Part shown: piece after piece, positions 1 through 9,364 of the stretch
Position numbering within the stretch: the first letter of the stretch is position 1
Layout: every line of letters starts with the position of its first letter
NCBI GenBank assembly: GCA_963640475.1
Contig: CAVHYW010000007.1
Location: forward strand, 561-64,560
Origin: a bacterium
GTDB lineage: Bacteria > Bacillota > Clostridia > Oscillospirales > Oscillospiraceae
Direction: 5' to 3'
Length of the DNA stretch: 64,000 nt
The notes under the pieces: generated by a model
The model's input: the letters and a program-made list of their open reading frames with translations, nothing else
Databases searched by the model: none
What the model was told of the DNA's origin: nothing
Translations under genes and position numbers: made by a program

Positions 1-381
1 CAGCACCTCGGGATGGTGCTCCTCGCCGATGATGAGGGGAATGCGCCCATCCCCGTCCGCCTGCGCCACCAGCTTCTGGATGCGCAGCACGTTGGGGCAT
101 GTGGCGTTGACGCATATGGCGCCCGCCGCCTCCAGCTGCTCCAGCACCTGCTTGCGCTCGCCGTGGGAGCGGATGATGACCGTATCCCCCGGCCGCACCT
201 CCTCCACACCGTTGACGGTGCGGCAGCCCAGCGTCTCCAGCTCCTGTACCACATGGGCATTGTGGATGATGCTTCCCAGCATCACGCAGCCGCCCTTTTC
301 CTTGGCCGTCTGCTCCGCCAGCTTCACCGCCCGCTCCACGCCGTAGCAAAAGCCGGCGCTCTCCGCCTGAATGACTCTCAT
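1..381 (-). CDS. ispH: 4-hydroxy-3-methylbut-2-enyl diphosphate reductase (5' part; runs off the window edge)
   Basis: Manual translation from ATG at 381: MRVIQAESAGFCYGVERAV...IIHN...IIRSHG...NATCPNV...HHPEV. ATGA overlap with the plsC stop. Confidence 0.92.
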   Translation of the reverse strand, partial: MRVIQAESAGFCYGVERAVKLAEQTAKEKGGCVMLGSIIHNAHVVQELETLGCRTVNGVEEVRPGDTVIIRSHGERKQVLEQLEAAGAICVNATCPNVLRIQKLVAQADGDGRIPLIIGEEHHPEVL

Positions 382-974
382 TGCGCACCGCCCAGCTCGT
401 ACACCTGACGCATGACCTCGTCCACGTTCTGCTGATACTCCTCCGCCGTGCCCTTCCGCTCGGTATACACCGGGGCGTAGGGCTTGCCGATGATAAGGGA
501 CAGCTTGTGGAACAGCCGCCGGGTGCTGCTGATGAACACCGGCAGCATCTTCACGCCGGAGCGGATGGCGATCATGGTGGCGCCGCCCTTGGGCTGCACA
601 TGCTGGCCCTTCTTCACGCGGGTGCCCTCCGGGAAGATCAGCAGGCTGAAACCGTCCTTCAGGCTCTTGATGGCGGTCTTGATAGCGCCGATATCGCTGT
701 TGCCCCGATCCACGGGGAAGGCGCCCATAAACCGGATAAAATTGCCCACCACGGGGATGCGGAACAGCTGCTGCTTTGCCATGATCCGCAGCGGCACATC
801 ATCCGCCAGAGCGCAGACAATCAGCACCGGATCCCAAGCGCTGGAATGGTTGGCGCACAGCACCACCGGTTCGTCGGGCAGGTTCTCCCGGCCCTTGATC
901 TCCACCGGGAACAGCCACAGAAGCAGCGGGCGCAGGAATTTCCACACAAAGGCAAAAAACGGATTCTTCTTCAC
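378..974 (-). CDS. plsC: 1-acyl-sn-glycerol-3-phosphate acyltransferase
   Basis: NHSSAWD (HX4D) and FPEGTR motifs; cmk-plsC-ispH synteny. Confidence 0.92.
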   Translation of the reverse strand: MKKNPFFAFVWKFLRPLLLWLFPVEIKGRENLPDEPVVLCANHSSAWDPVLIVCALADDVPLRIMAKQQLFRIPVVGNFIRFMGAFPVDRGNSDIGAIKTAIKSLKDGFSLLIFPEGTRVKKGQHVQPKGGATMIAIRSGVKMLPVFISSTRRLFHKLSLIIGKPYAPVYTERKGTAEEYQQNVDEVMRQVYELGGAQ

Positions 975-1651
975 AGGCCCACCTTCTCCCGGATGATCTC
1001 CAATAGTCTTTCCTTGCTCTGCTGAAAGTCCAGTTCGCTGGTGTCCACGATCACGGCGTCCTCCGCCGCCCGAAGCGGCGCGGCGGAACGGTGGGTGTCG
1101 TTATAGTCCCGCTCCTTCATCTCCGCCAGCACCTGCTCAAAGGGCCGGGGCGTGCCCCGCTCTATAAGCTCCTTTTCCCGGTGGCGGGCACGTACCTCCA
1201 CATCCGCCTGCAAAAAGATCTTCACATCCGCATCAGGCAGCACCACGGTGCCGATATCACGGCCATCCATGATGACGCTGCTCCTGCGGGCAAAGTCCCG
1301 CTGCATCTCCAGCAGGAACGAGCGCACCTCCGGGATGGCCGACACCGCCGAGGCGTACAGCGACATCTCCGGCAGGCGGATCTCCTGCGTCACGTCCTCG
1401 CCGTGCAGCAGCATATGCTGCAAGCCCTGTTCGTCATAGCGCATCTCGATCTTCACCTGTGGCAGCAGGCCGATCACCGCCTTTGTATCGGCAGCGTCCA
1501 CCCCCTGACGGCGGGCATAGCAGCCGATGGTGCGGTAGATGGCACCGGTGTCCACATATAAGATATGCAGCTCCGCCGCGATGGCCTTGGCCAGCGTACT
1601 TTTTCCCGCGCCGCTTGGCCCGTCCACCGCCACAGAATAGATTTTTTCCAT
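971..1651 (-). CDS. cmk: Cytidylate kinase
   Basis: VDGPSGAGKST, DTGAIYR, MDGRDIGTVVLPDA motifs. Confidence 0.96.
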   Translation of the reverse strand: MEKIYSVAVDGPSGAGKSTLAKAIAAELHILYVDTGAIYRTIGCYARRQGVDAADTKAVIGLLPQVKIEMRYDEQGLQHMLLHGEDVTQEIRLPEMSLYASAVSAIPEVRSFLLEMQRDFARRSSVIMDGRDIGTVVLPDADVKIFLQADVEVRARHREKELIERGTPRPFEQVLAEMKERDYNDTHRSAAPLRAAEDAVIVDTSELDFQQSKERLLEIIREKVGL

Positions 1652-1657
1652 GCTGAT

Positions 1658-2890
1658 TCACTCCCGCTCCGCCGCGGACACACCGGCCAGATGGCCCGTT
1701 GCCCACGCGATCTGTAAATTAAAGCCGCCGGTATAGGCGTCCACGTCCAATACCTCACCGGCAAAATACAGTCCCGCCACCAGCTTGGACTCCATGGTGT
1801 TGGGCTTCACCTCACTGACCTTCACGCCGCCGGCGGTGACGATGGCCTCCGCCACCGGACGCACGCCGGTCACGTTGATGTCAAAATGCTTCAAAAGCCG
1901 GATCAGCGCACGCCGCTGCTCCTTCGTCAGGGAATTGGCCTTCAGCGTCGGGGGAAGGCCCAGCCGCCGGGAGAGCACCGGGGCCATGCTGTGGGGCACC
2001 AGACCGCACAGCAGCTTTTCCACGTCCCGGTTGGGGCTTTCGCTGATGTCCCGCAAAATGCGAGCTTCCAGCTTCTGCTCGTCCAGCGCCGGTTTCAGGT
2101 CGATGCTGAGACGGTACTGCTCTTTTTCCCAATTCCGCAGATGGGCGCTGGCCGACAGCACCAGCGGGCCGGACACGCCGAAGTGGGTAAACAGCATCTC
2201 GCCGAACTCCCGGAACACCGCCTTGTTCTTCTGGTTATAGGCCGTCAGCTCCACGTTTTTCAGGCTCAGTCCCTGCATATGGCGGCAGCATTCGTCGTCG
2301 CTGACCAGCGGCACCAGCGAGCCTCTCGGCTCCACGATGGTATGGCCCAGCGCAGCGGCGATTTTGTAGCCGTCGCCGGTGGAGCCTGTTCCGGGATAGG
2401 AAACGCCGCCGGTGGCGACGATCACCGCGTCGGCGGGATAGGTCTCCTTCTCCCCTGTCACCGCCGTCACATGGCCCTCCGCCGTCTCCACCGCCGTGGC
2501 CCGGTCATGGGCCCAGCGGATATGCAGCGCCTTCACCCGCCGCTTCAGCGCGTCGGTGATGTCGAAGGCGCTGTCGGACACCGGGAACACCCGGTCGCCC
2601 CGCTCCACCTTCAGCGGTACGCCGCAGCTCTCGAAAAACGCCATGGTGTCCCGGCTGGTGAACCGGGACAGGGCGCTGTACAGGAAGCGGCCATTGCGGG
2701 GGATATGGGCCATCAGGCCCTCCAGATCCGTGTCGTTGGTGACGTTGCAGCGGCCCTTTCCCGTGATATTGACTTTTTTGCCCAACCGCTCGTTGGGCTC
2801 TATCAGACACACCTGCGCGCCGCCTTCCGCGGCGGCGATGGCGGCCATCAGACCGGCGGCACCGCCGCCGATCACCGTTACCTTATTCAT
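1658..2890 (-). CDS. HI0933/YhiN/BaiN-family flavoprotein (paralog 1)
   Basis: IGGGAAG, TGKGRCNVTN, LFTHFGVSGP, TAGGV, GEVLDVDAYTGGFNLQIAW; start placed at MNKVTVIG. Confidence 0.9.
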   Translation of the reverse strand: MNKVTVIGGGAAGLMAAIAAAEGGAQVCLIEPNERLGKKVNITGKGRCNVTNDTDLEGLMAHIPRNGRFLYSALSRFTSRDTMAFFESCGVPLKVERGDRVFPVSDSAFDITDALKRRVKALHIRWAHDRATAVETAEGHVTAVTGEKETYPADAVIVATGGVSYPGTGSTGDGYKIAAALGHTIVEPRGSLVPLVSDDECCRHMQGLSLKNVELTAYNQKNKAVFREFGEMLFTHFGVSGPLVLSASAHLRNWEKEQYRLSIDLKPALDEQKLEARILRDISESPNRDVEKLLCGLVPHSMAPVLSRRLGLPPTLKANSLTKEQRRALIRLLKHFDINVTGVRPVAEAIVTAGGVKVSEVKPNTMESKLVAGLYFAGEVLDVDAYTGGFNLQIAWATGHLAGVSAAERE

Positions 2891-3749
2891 CTTCCGCTTT
2901 CCCGAAAATACTGTATTTCGACCACACCTGCTCCATCTCGGCAAACACCTGCGACACCTCTTCCCGCTTCTGCTGGCCGACGGCCAAAATCAGCGCGTTC
3001 ATCAGGCTCAGCGGCGCGGCCAGCGAGTCCACATAGGACAGTGCCTCGCACCGCACCAGCAGCGCCGTGGTAGCCAGCGGGTACAAGGGCGACATCTGGC
3101 TGTCTGTGATGGCCACTACGTCAGCGCCCCGGTCATGGGCCAGCTGCATGGCGTGGATGCCCATGTTGGAGTAGCGGGGGAAGCTGATGCCCACCATCAC
3201 GTCGCCGGGGCCGATGTGGATCATCTGCTCGTAAATTTCACCTGCCGCCGTGTTCTGCACATAGATCACGTTTTTGAACAGCAGGTGGAAATAGAAATTC
3301 AGATAGCCCGCCAGAAACGAGCTGGAACGCACGCCTAGAATGTAGATGTGCTGGGCGTTCAGCAGCAGCTCCACCGCCCGCTGGAACTCGCCCCGGTCGA
3401 TCTGCTCGATGGCGGTATGGATGCTGTCCATATCCCGCTGCATCACAGCGGCCAGAATATCGTCTCCGGTCATCTGATCCTGCGATGCCTGAATACGCTG
3501 CACCGAGGTCAGCTTGCCGCGGATGATCTCCTGCAATGCCTTCTGCATGGCAGGATAGCCGCTGTAACCCAGCTCGGCAGCGAACCGCACCACCGTGGAT
3601 TCGCTGACCTGTGCCGTCTGGCCCAGCTTGGCGGCGGTCATAAAGGCCGCCTTGTCATAGTTGTTCAGAATATAGTCGGCGATCCGCTTCTGTCCCTTGG
3701 AAAAGCCGTCCATACTGGCGCGTATCGTATGTAATACGCTCTGCTTCAT
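2883..3749 (-). CDS. MurR/RpiR-family transcriptional regulator (HTH + SIS)
   Basis: VSESTVVRFAAELGYSGY HTH; ISFPRYS and AITDS SIS motifs; start placed at MKQSVL. Confidence 0.9.
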   Translation of the reverse strand: MKQSVLHTIRASMDGFSKGQKRIADYILNNYDKAAFMTAAKLGQTAQVSESTVVRFAAELGYSGYPAMQKALQEIIRGKLTSVQRIQASQDQMTGDDILAAVMQRDMDSIHTAIEQIDRGEFQRAVELLLNAQHIYILGVRSSSFLAGYLNFYFHLLFKNVIYVQNTAAGEIYEQMIHIGPGDVMVGISFPRYSNMGIHAMQLAHDRGADVVAITDSQMSPLYPLATTALLVRCEALSYVDSLAAPLSLMNALILAVGQQKREEVSQVFAEMEQVWSKYSIFGKAEDE

Positions 3750-4465
3750 ATTTTCTCGCTTCCTTTTAGCGCGGAGATCTCCGCGTCTGTTAAATACCGC
3801 CACTGTCCGGCCTTCAAATCGCCCAGCGTCAGTCCGTCCTCGGCAACGCGCCGCAGCCGCGTCACCTGTAACCCCACCTGCGCGCACATGCGGCGGATCT
3901 GGCGGTTCTTTCCCTGATGGATGGTTATGCGCAGCATGGCCTGTCCGCCCTTCTGCCAGACCGGCGACACCTGCGCCGGGACCACAGGTGTACCATCCTC
4001 CAGCTCCGTCACAGCGGCCAGTCGTGCCGCCGCGCTCTCCAGCGCACCGGTGACGGTCACCTCGTAGACCTTATCCACCTGATGCTTCGGGTGAGTCATG
4101 GCCTGCATCAGTGCGCCGTCGTTGGTGAACAGCAGCAGGCCCTCGCTGTCCTTATCCAGCCGTCCCACCGGGAACACCCGCGTACCGCAGTCCGCCACCA
4201 ATTCGGCGGCGGTGGCCCGCCCCAGCTCGTCGCTGAGGGTGGTCACATAGCCCCGGGGCTTATTCAGCATCAGGTACACCGCCGGTTCGGCAAAGGTCAG
4301 CGGCTTTCCGTCAATGGCGACGGTGTCCGTTTCCGGATCGGCCTTGCCGCCCAGCTGCGCCGTCTCACCGTTGACCGTGACCCGCCCCGCCACAAGCAGC
4401 TCCTCCGCCGCCCGCCGGGAGCAGATACCGGCCCGTGAGATTAGTTTTTGCAGCCGTTCCGTCAT
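3746..4465 (-). CDS. rluB: rRNA pseudouridine synthase, RsuA/RluB family
   Basis: ERLQKLISRAGICSRRAAE S4 domain, LNKPRGY, VGRLDKDSEG, GKNRQIRRM; located near scpAB. Confidence 0.85.
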   Translation of the reverse strand: MTERLQKLISRAGICSRRAAEELLVAGRVTVNGETAQLGGKADPETDTVAIDGKPLTFAEPAVYLMLNKPRGYVTTLSDELGRATAAELVADCGTRVFPVGRLDKDSEGLLLFTNDGALMQAMTHPKHQVDKVYEVTVTGALESAAARLAAVTELEDGTPVVPAQVSPVWQKGGQAMLRITIHQGKNRQIRRMCAQVGLQVTRLRRVAEDGLTLGDLKAGQWRYLTDAEISALKGSEKI

Positions 4466-5250
4466 GTTTCCTCCGTATTTTCTGCAAAGCCCATTTCGTA
4501 CAGGGCCTTGTGGTCGGCCCAATCGTTGCCGTCACACAGCGTTACCGCCACCAGACGGCGGCCCTCCCGCTCCGCGCAGGACACCAGCGTTCGGCCCGCC
4601 GCCCTGGTATAGCCGGTCTTCATGCCGATGCAGCCCTCTACCTGAGAGAGCAGCTTATTGTGGTTGGTCATGGTCCTGCCGCCCACCGTGGCCGTGCGGG
4701 TGGAGCAGATGCGCCGGAACGTAGGGTCCTGCGCCGCATAGGCCGCCAGCACCGCCATGTCCCGCGCAGTGGAATAGTGGTTCTCATCGTCCAGTCCGTT
4801 GGGATTGGCAAAGGAGGTGTCCGTCATGCCCAGCGCCGCCGCCTTGTCGTTCATGGCGGCCACAAAGGTCTCCAGACCGCCGCAGCAATCCGCCAGCGCC
4901 AGCGCCGCGTCGTTGCCGCTGCACAGCATCAGGCCGTACAGCAGCTCCTCCACCGTCACCGTTTCGCCGGGCTTGAGATACATGGAGGAGCCCTCCACCA
5001 TATGATCGCCCGTTACCGTGATGGTATCGGTCAATCGGGCATGCTCCAGCACCACCAGCGCCGTCATGATCTTGGTGGTGCTGGCGATCCGCATTCTCCG
5101 TGCCGCGTCCTTTTCGTACAGCACCTCTCCGCTGTCGGCGTCCATCAGGATGGCCGCCGCGGCGGAAAGCTGTACCGCCTCCGCCCGGCAGGGCAGAAGC
5201 GTCAGCAGCAGGCCAAGGGCCAACAGCGCCCCGCATAGTCTCTTCCACAT
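4462..5250 (-). CDS. D-alanyl-D-alanine carboxypeptidase (peptidase S11, DacB-like)
   Basis: Signal peptide; STTK (SxxK), SGN (SxN) and KTG motifs. Confidence 0.9.
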   Translation of the reverse strand: MWKRLCGALLALGLLLTLLPCRAEAVQLSAAAAILMDADSGEVLYEKDAARRMRIASTTKIMTALVVLEHARLTDTITVTGDHMVEGSSMYLKPGETVTVEELLYGLMLCSGNDAALALADCCGGLETFVAAMNDKAAALGMTDTSFANPNGLDDENHYSTARDMAVLAAYAAQDPTFRRICSTRTATVGGRTMTNHNKLLSQVEGCIGMKTGYTRAAGRTLVSCAEREGRRLVAVTLCDGNDWADHKALYEMGFAENTEET

Positions 5251-5314
5251 GGTATCACCCCGGATACCATCCTATGCGGGCGCGGTTTGTCCCTAGTTTC
5301 CGAATATTTCTTTT

Positions 5315-5710
5315 TTAGAATTCTTCCTTCTCCGCCTTCTTGCGGTCGATGAAATTCTCCACGCGGTCCAGCACCTGCGGCACCAGCTCGATGGCGCGGT
5401 CCACCGTGGTAATAGCGGGGGCGGCCACCGGCAGCATACGGGTCACGCCGTCCTTGACCACCAGAAACGCCATGGGCTCCACGCGGACGCCGGCGCCGGC
5501 AGCGGCGCCCATCTGGTCGGGCTGCTTGCCGTAGTCACCGCCGCCGCAGCCGAAGCCGAAGCTCAACCGGGACACGGGGATCAGGGTCACGCCGTCGGGC
5601 GTGGTGATAGGCTCTCCTACGATGGTGTTGGAATCCACCATCTCACGGATCTTAGCCATAGAGGCTTCCATCACAGCGGTGATCGAGTTCTTCTTTTCGT
5701 TCATTTCCAT
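5315..5710 (-). CDS. ytfJ: GerW/YtfJ-family sporulation protein
   Basis: MVDSNTIVGEPI, IPVSRLSFGFGCGG, GVRVEPMAFLVV. Confidence 0.88.
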   Translation of the reverse strand: MEMNEKKNSITAVMEASMAKIREMVDSNTIVGEPITTPDGVTLIPVSRLSFGFGCGGGDYGKQPDQMGAAAGAGVRVEPMAFLVVKDGVTRMLPVAAPAITTVDRAIELVPQVLDRVENFIDRKKAEKEEF

Positions 5711-5745
5711 GGTCGTGTTCCTTTCTGTATATCAAGTTTGTTTTT

Positions 5746-6023
5746 TACCATCGATTCACAAGGGCAAATACGCCTGACAGCGTGTCTTTCCGGCGCTTTT
5801 TGCCCTTTTCGCCTTGGTGGGCGTCAGCCCACCTGCATCTCAAAAACCAAAAATCACTCGAAAATCCATCGCTGGCAGGTGCCTTGCAGTTTTGTCGGAG
5901 CAGAAATGTGTCCAGACAAGAAAAGGCCCGCAGAGAATACTTGCCGTATTGTCAAGGGGCTTGACGCAGTATGGGCGCATTTCTGCCCGTCAAAACCGTG
6001 TCTGCCCTTGTCAATCGATGGTA
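5746..6023. mobile_element. Putative MITE (278 bp, 27-bp imperfect terminal inverted repeats, TA ends)
   Basis: taccatcgattcacaagggcaaatacg (5746-5772) matches the reverse complement of 5997-6023 (taccatcgattgacaagggcagacacg) with 3 mismatches; no credible internal CDS. Confidence 0.6.
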
Positions 6024-6028
6024 TTATT

Positions 6029-6721
6029 TCAGGCCGCCTTGTCGGGCGCGCCGTCCTTCTGCTGTTCCGCCTGCTCCGCCGCAAGTTTTGCGGCCTCCGC
6101 CTTCTTGAAGGCCTTCTGCTTTCTCAGGAAGGGGATGCCGAATTTCAGCACCGGCCCGATGGCGGCAAAGCCGATGGCCAGCAGGTCGCCGATCCGGTAA
6201 CTGGCGCCCACGGTGCCGGAGATTTTGGTCTCCGCGGCGGTGAAGTCCATCTCCATATGGATACGCGGGTCAGGCATGTGTATCATTTCCTCCAGCCGGG
6301 GCATCACCGCCCACATGGCGCTGTTGGCCCAGCCGTACCACTGTGCCGTGTTGACGGGATCCTCGTCGCCGAACACGAAGCTCAGCCGCAGCGGGTCGAT
6401 GCGGATACGCTTTCCCGACCGGCGCAGCGCACCTTGGATCGACTGCCACACGGCGTGCAGCCCACCCCGGATATCCTCCAGCGTCAGGTGGATGTCCGGC
6501 TTTTTCCTCTCCTTGGGCTTCTTTTCCGCCTTGGCAGCCGCTTTTTTTGGTTTTTCCTTGGCGGGCTTCTTCTCCGGCGGCGGAATGATCTGCACTGTCG
6601 CCGGGCCGATCTGCGCCGTGACCCGCAGCTCCTCGCCGAAGCTGGCCGTGACGCCCACGCGCAGGCACAGCAGCACCGCGATCAATGCCGCGATCACACC
6701 CAGAATGATCCATCCAACCAA
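6029..6721 (-). CDS. DUF2953-like protein (YtfI-like, upstream of ytfJ)
   Basis: N-terminal TM, Lys-rich linker, FGDEDPVNTAQWYG motif; synteny with ytfJ. Confidence 0.7.
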   Translation of the reverse strand: MVGWIILGVIAALIAVLLCLRVGVTASFGEELRVTAQIGPATVQIIPPPEKKPAKEKPKKAAAKAEKKPKERKKPDIHLTLEDIRGGLHAVWQSIQGALRRSGKRIRIDPLRLSFVFGDEDPVNTAQWYGWANSAMWAVMPRLEEMIHMPDPRIHMEMDFTAAETKISGTVGASYRIGDLLAIGFAAIGPVLKFGIPFLRKQKAFKKAEAAKLAAEQAEQQKDGAPDKAA

Positions 6722-6762
6722 AGGCTTCTCCTCCTTTCGGAACGGTAATCCGCAAACGCGGG

Positions 6763-7359
6763 TCAGCTCTCCTCTGTCATGCCCTCCGGCATCTCCAGCA
6801 GGTTCCCCTGCTCATCCAGCCGCAGCTGGCCGTCGCCTTCCATGCCGGGCATCTCCGGCAGGTCGTCCAGCGACCGCAGGTGGAAGGCCCGCAGGAACGC
6901 CTGCGTGGTGCGGTACAGCCGGGGCCGCCCCGGCACCTGAAGCCGTCCGCACTCCTCGATGAGATGGCGGTCCAGCAGCAGCCCCACCGTATAGGAGCTG
7001 TCCACGCCACGGATCTGATCCACATAGGCCCTTGTGGTGGGCTGATAGTAGGCGATGATAGTCAGCACCTCCAGCGCCGGCTGGCTCAGCTTGGCGGGCT
7101 TACGCACCTCGAAGGCGCGGCGGATGATATCGCCGTACTCCGGCGCGGAGCACAGCTGATAGCTGTCCTCCAGCTTCAAAAGCCGCATGCCCCGGCGCTC
7201 ATAGGCGTAATAATCCGCCAGCTTCTGCAAAACCAGCTCCACCGTGGGGCGGTCCATATCCATGGCCATGCAGAGGCGATCCACCGCCACCGGCTCGCCG
7301 GAGGCAAACAGGATGCCCTCGATGGCGGCCTCCACTTCTTTCATTTCAAGCGTATCCAT
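6763..7359 (-). CDS. scpB: SMC-Scp complex subunit ScpB
   Basis: IEGILFASGEP, LEVLTIIAYYQP, IRGV, GRPRLYRTT. Confidence 0.95.
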   Translation of the reverse strand: MDTLEMKEVEAAIEGILFASGEPVAVDRLCMAMDMDRPTVELVLQKLADYYAYERRGMRLLKLEDSYQLCSAPEYGDIIRRAFEVRKPAKLSQPALEVLTIIAYYQPTTRAYVDQIRGVDSSYTVGLLLDRHLIEECGRLQVPGRPRLYRTTQAFLRAFHLRSLDDLPEMPGMEGDGQLRLDEQGNLLEMPEGMTEES

Positions 7360-7371
7360 ATCTTACCTTCC

Positions 7372-8166
7372 TCAAACCTCTCCCTGCCAATCGTCCGGCA
7401 TGTCGCCGTCGCACTCCACGGTGCAGTCGTTGACGCCGGACGCCAGATGAATGATGCGGCTGCGGCACAGCTCCAGCACGGCCATGAAGGTGGCCACGAT
7501 CTCGCTGCGGCTGCGGCTGCCCCGGAACAGCAGCAGAAAACGGGTGATGCCGCCGGTCTTGAGCCTCTGGAATATCTCCCGCGCCTTGGTCTCCACGGAG
7601 TACGGCTCGCGCCGCACGATCTCGTCAAAGGGCTTCATATCCGGCTGGCCGTCCAGCTGGCCCCGGCGGTCCGACACCTCCTGCATGGCGATGATCAGAT
7701 CTCCCGGCTGCTGGTCGTATTCGTAGATCTTGCCCCGCTCCATCACCTCGGGATTGCGGGTCATGATGTCCCGGCCGAACTCCGCCATGGGGCCCAGCCG
7801 CTCCGTCAGCAGCTTGACGCGGGCGTAGGTATCGCCCCGCTGGCGCTCCTCCAGCGATTTGATCAGGGCGTCCATCTCGTTCTGGGCTTCCTCGTCCTCC
7901 AGGCTCAGCAGCATGCGGGTCTTGATGTACATTAAGTGGGCGGCCATGGTGATGAACTCGCTGGCTACCTCCAGATCCATCTGCTTGCGCCGCTCCAGAT
8001 ACTCCAGATACTGGTCAAGGATCAGGGAAATGGGGATATCCTGTATCTCGATCTTATTTTTGCTCAGCAGGAACAGGATCAGATCCAGCGGGCCCTCGAA
8101 ATCCTCCAGCGGTTCGCTGCCCTTGGCCTGCACCACCTTTTCCAGCTTGAAAATGGGATTGTCCAA
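7372..8166 (-). CDS. scpA: Segregation and condensation protein A (kleisin)
   Basis: FEGPLDLILFL, ASEFITMAAHLMYIK, IVATFMAVLEL. Confidence 0.95.
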   Translation of the reverse strand: MDNPIFKLEKVVQAKGSEPLEDFEGPLDLILFLLSKNKIEIQDIPISLILDQYLEYLERRKQMDLEVASEFITMAAHLMYIKTRMLLSLEDEEAQNEMDALIKSLEERQRGDTYARVKLLTERLGPMAEFGRDIMTRNPEVMERGKIYEYDQQPGDLIIAMQEVSDRRGQLDGQPDMKPFDEIVRREPYSVETKAREIFQRLKTGGITRFLLLFRGSRSRSEIVATFMAVLELCRSRIIHLASGVNDCTVECDGDMPDDWQGEV

Positions 8167-8177
8167 TGGTATTTACC

Positions 8178-8840
8178 TCAATAAAAGCCGACGATGCGGC
8201 AGAATAGCTGGAACACCCAGCCGATGGCGGTATCCAGCACGTTGGAAAGCGCGCCGAAGCATACCAGCGCCATCAAAATCAGCATGCCGAAGCGCTCATA
8301 GCGCATCAGCCAGTCATACTGCCGGTCCGGCAGCAGCACCGCCAGCACCTTGGAGCCGTCCAGCGGCGGAATGGGGATCAGGTTGAACACGCCGAGGCCG
8401 ATGGACATCAGCGCCGTGTTCATCAGAAAGTAAAACAGCGTCTCGTTGATCTCGCCGGTCTCCATCCCGTGGGTGTACATCAGTCGTGCGCCCAGCAGCA
8501 GCCACAGTGCCAGCAGCAGATTGGACACCGGCCCGGCCAGCGCCGTGATGGCCATGCCCTGCTTGGGATGCTTGAAGTAGTTGGGGTTCACCGGCACGGG
8601 CTTTGCCCAGCCCACACCGGTCAGCACCATGGCCGCAAGGCCGATCCAGTCAATGTGCCGCAGGGGGTTCAGGGACAGGCGGTGGTTCCGCTTGGCCGTA
8701 GGGTCTCCCAGAAAGAACGCGGCAATACCATGGCAGGTCTCGTGCAGGATCAGGCAGATCAGCACCGCCGCCACACGCAGCAGCGTGTCCCGCAGCGAGC
8801 CAAGATCCAGCGCGTTCCAAAGATTCTGCAAATAATTCAA
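8178..8840 (-). CDS. Site-2 protease family (peptidase M50)
   Basis: HETCH, AGPVSN, FNLIPIPPLDG; TTG start at 8840 chosen from the AGGAG RBS at 8851-8855. Confidence 0.88.
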   Translation of the reverse strand: MNYLQNLWNALDLGSLRDTLLRVAAVLICLILHETCHGIAAFFLGDPTAKRNHRLSLNPLRHIDWIGLAAMVLTGVGWAKPVPVNPNYFKHPKQGMAITALAGPVSNLLLALWLLLGARLMYTHGMETGEINETLFYFLMNTALMSIGLGVFNLIPIPPLDGSKVLAVLLPDRQYDWLMRYERFGMLILMALVCFGALSNVLDTAIGWVFQLFCRIVGFY

Positions 8841-9081
8841 AAAAGGGTCACTCCTATCGAAAGGGCTATTACGCCAAATTACCAATAACAGTATAATTAT
8901 AGCAAATACCAAGGCCAAACACAAGAAAAAATTCCCTTGCCCATTTGTAACCATTTTGTAGCCAAAGCTGTAACCAAAGCGCAACGGATCTGTAATGATG
9001 TTTACCGCTCCTTCGCATATAATAGAGACATAAAAGGATAGGAAGGAAATATTCGTTCACACTTTGAAAGGAGTTATCGCC

Positions 9082-9261
9082 ATGAAGAATCTGCTGCCGA
9101 TCATCGCGGGTGTGGTGCTGTGCCTTATCTGCACCGTTGTTGGTATCCTGATCCCCCAGTTCTCCGCACTGGCCTATGTTACCGTAACGCTGGCCTGCGT
9201 CACAGGGCTTCTGTGTATTGGCGGTATCCTCCGCCATATCACACGAGGCGGCTCTGTGTAA
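9082..9261 (+). CDS. Small hypothetical two-TM membrane protein (59 aa)
   Basis: AAAGGAG RBS before ATG 9082; two hydrophobic stretches; hairpin downstream. Confidence 0.6.
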   Translation: MKNLLPIIAGVVLCLICTVVGILIPQFSALAYVTVTLACVTGLLCIGGILRHITRGGSV

Positions 9262-9364
9262 GGGCCGCGATCACATAAAGCAGTCCCGCCACGCATAGAG
9301 AAACCGGCCCTGTATGGGGCCGGTTTCTCTTGTTTATCTTATTATGCAGCGGTCGATCGTTCTT

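Noticed and set aside
1..381. IspH-ribosomal protein S1 fusion
   Set aside because: Common in Clostridia, but the 3' part lies outside the window, so it cannot be supported here.
8841..8984. N-terminal extension of the M50 protease, and similar upstream extensions in the ORF track (rpiR, addA, rpmG, guaD)
   Set aside because: RBS positions and family N-termini support the downstream starts.
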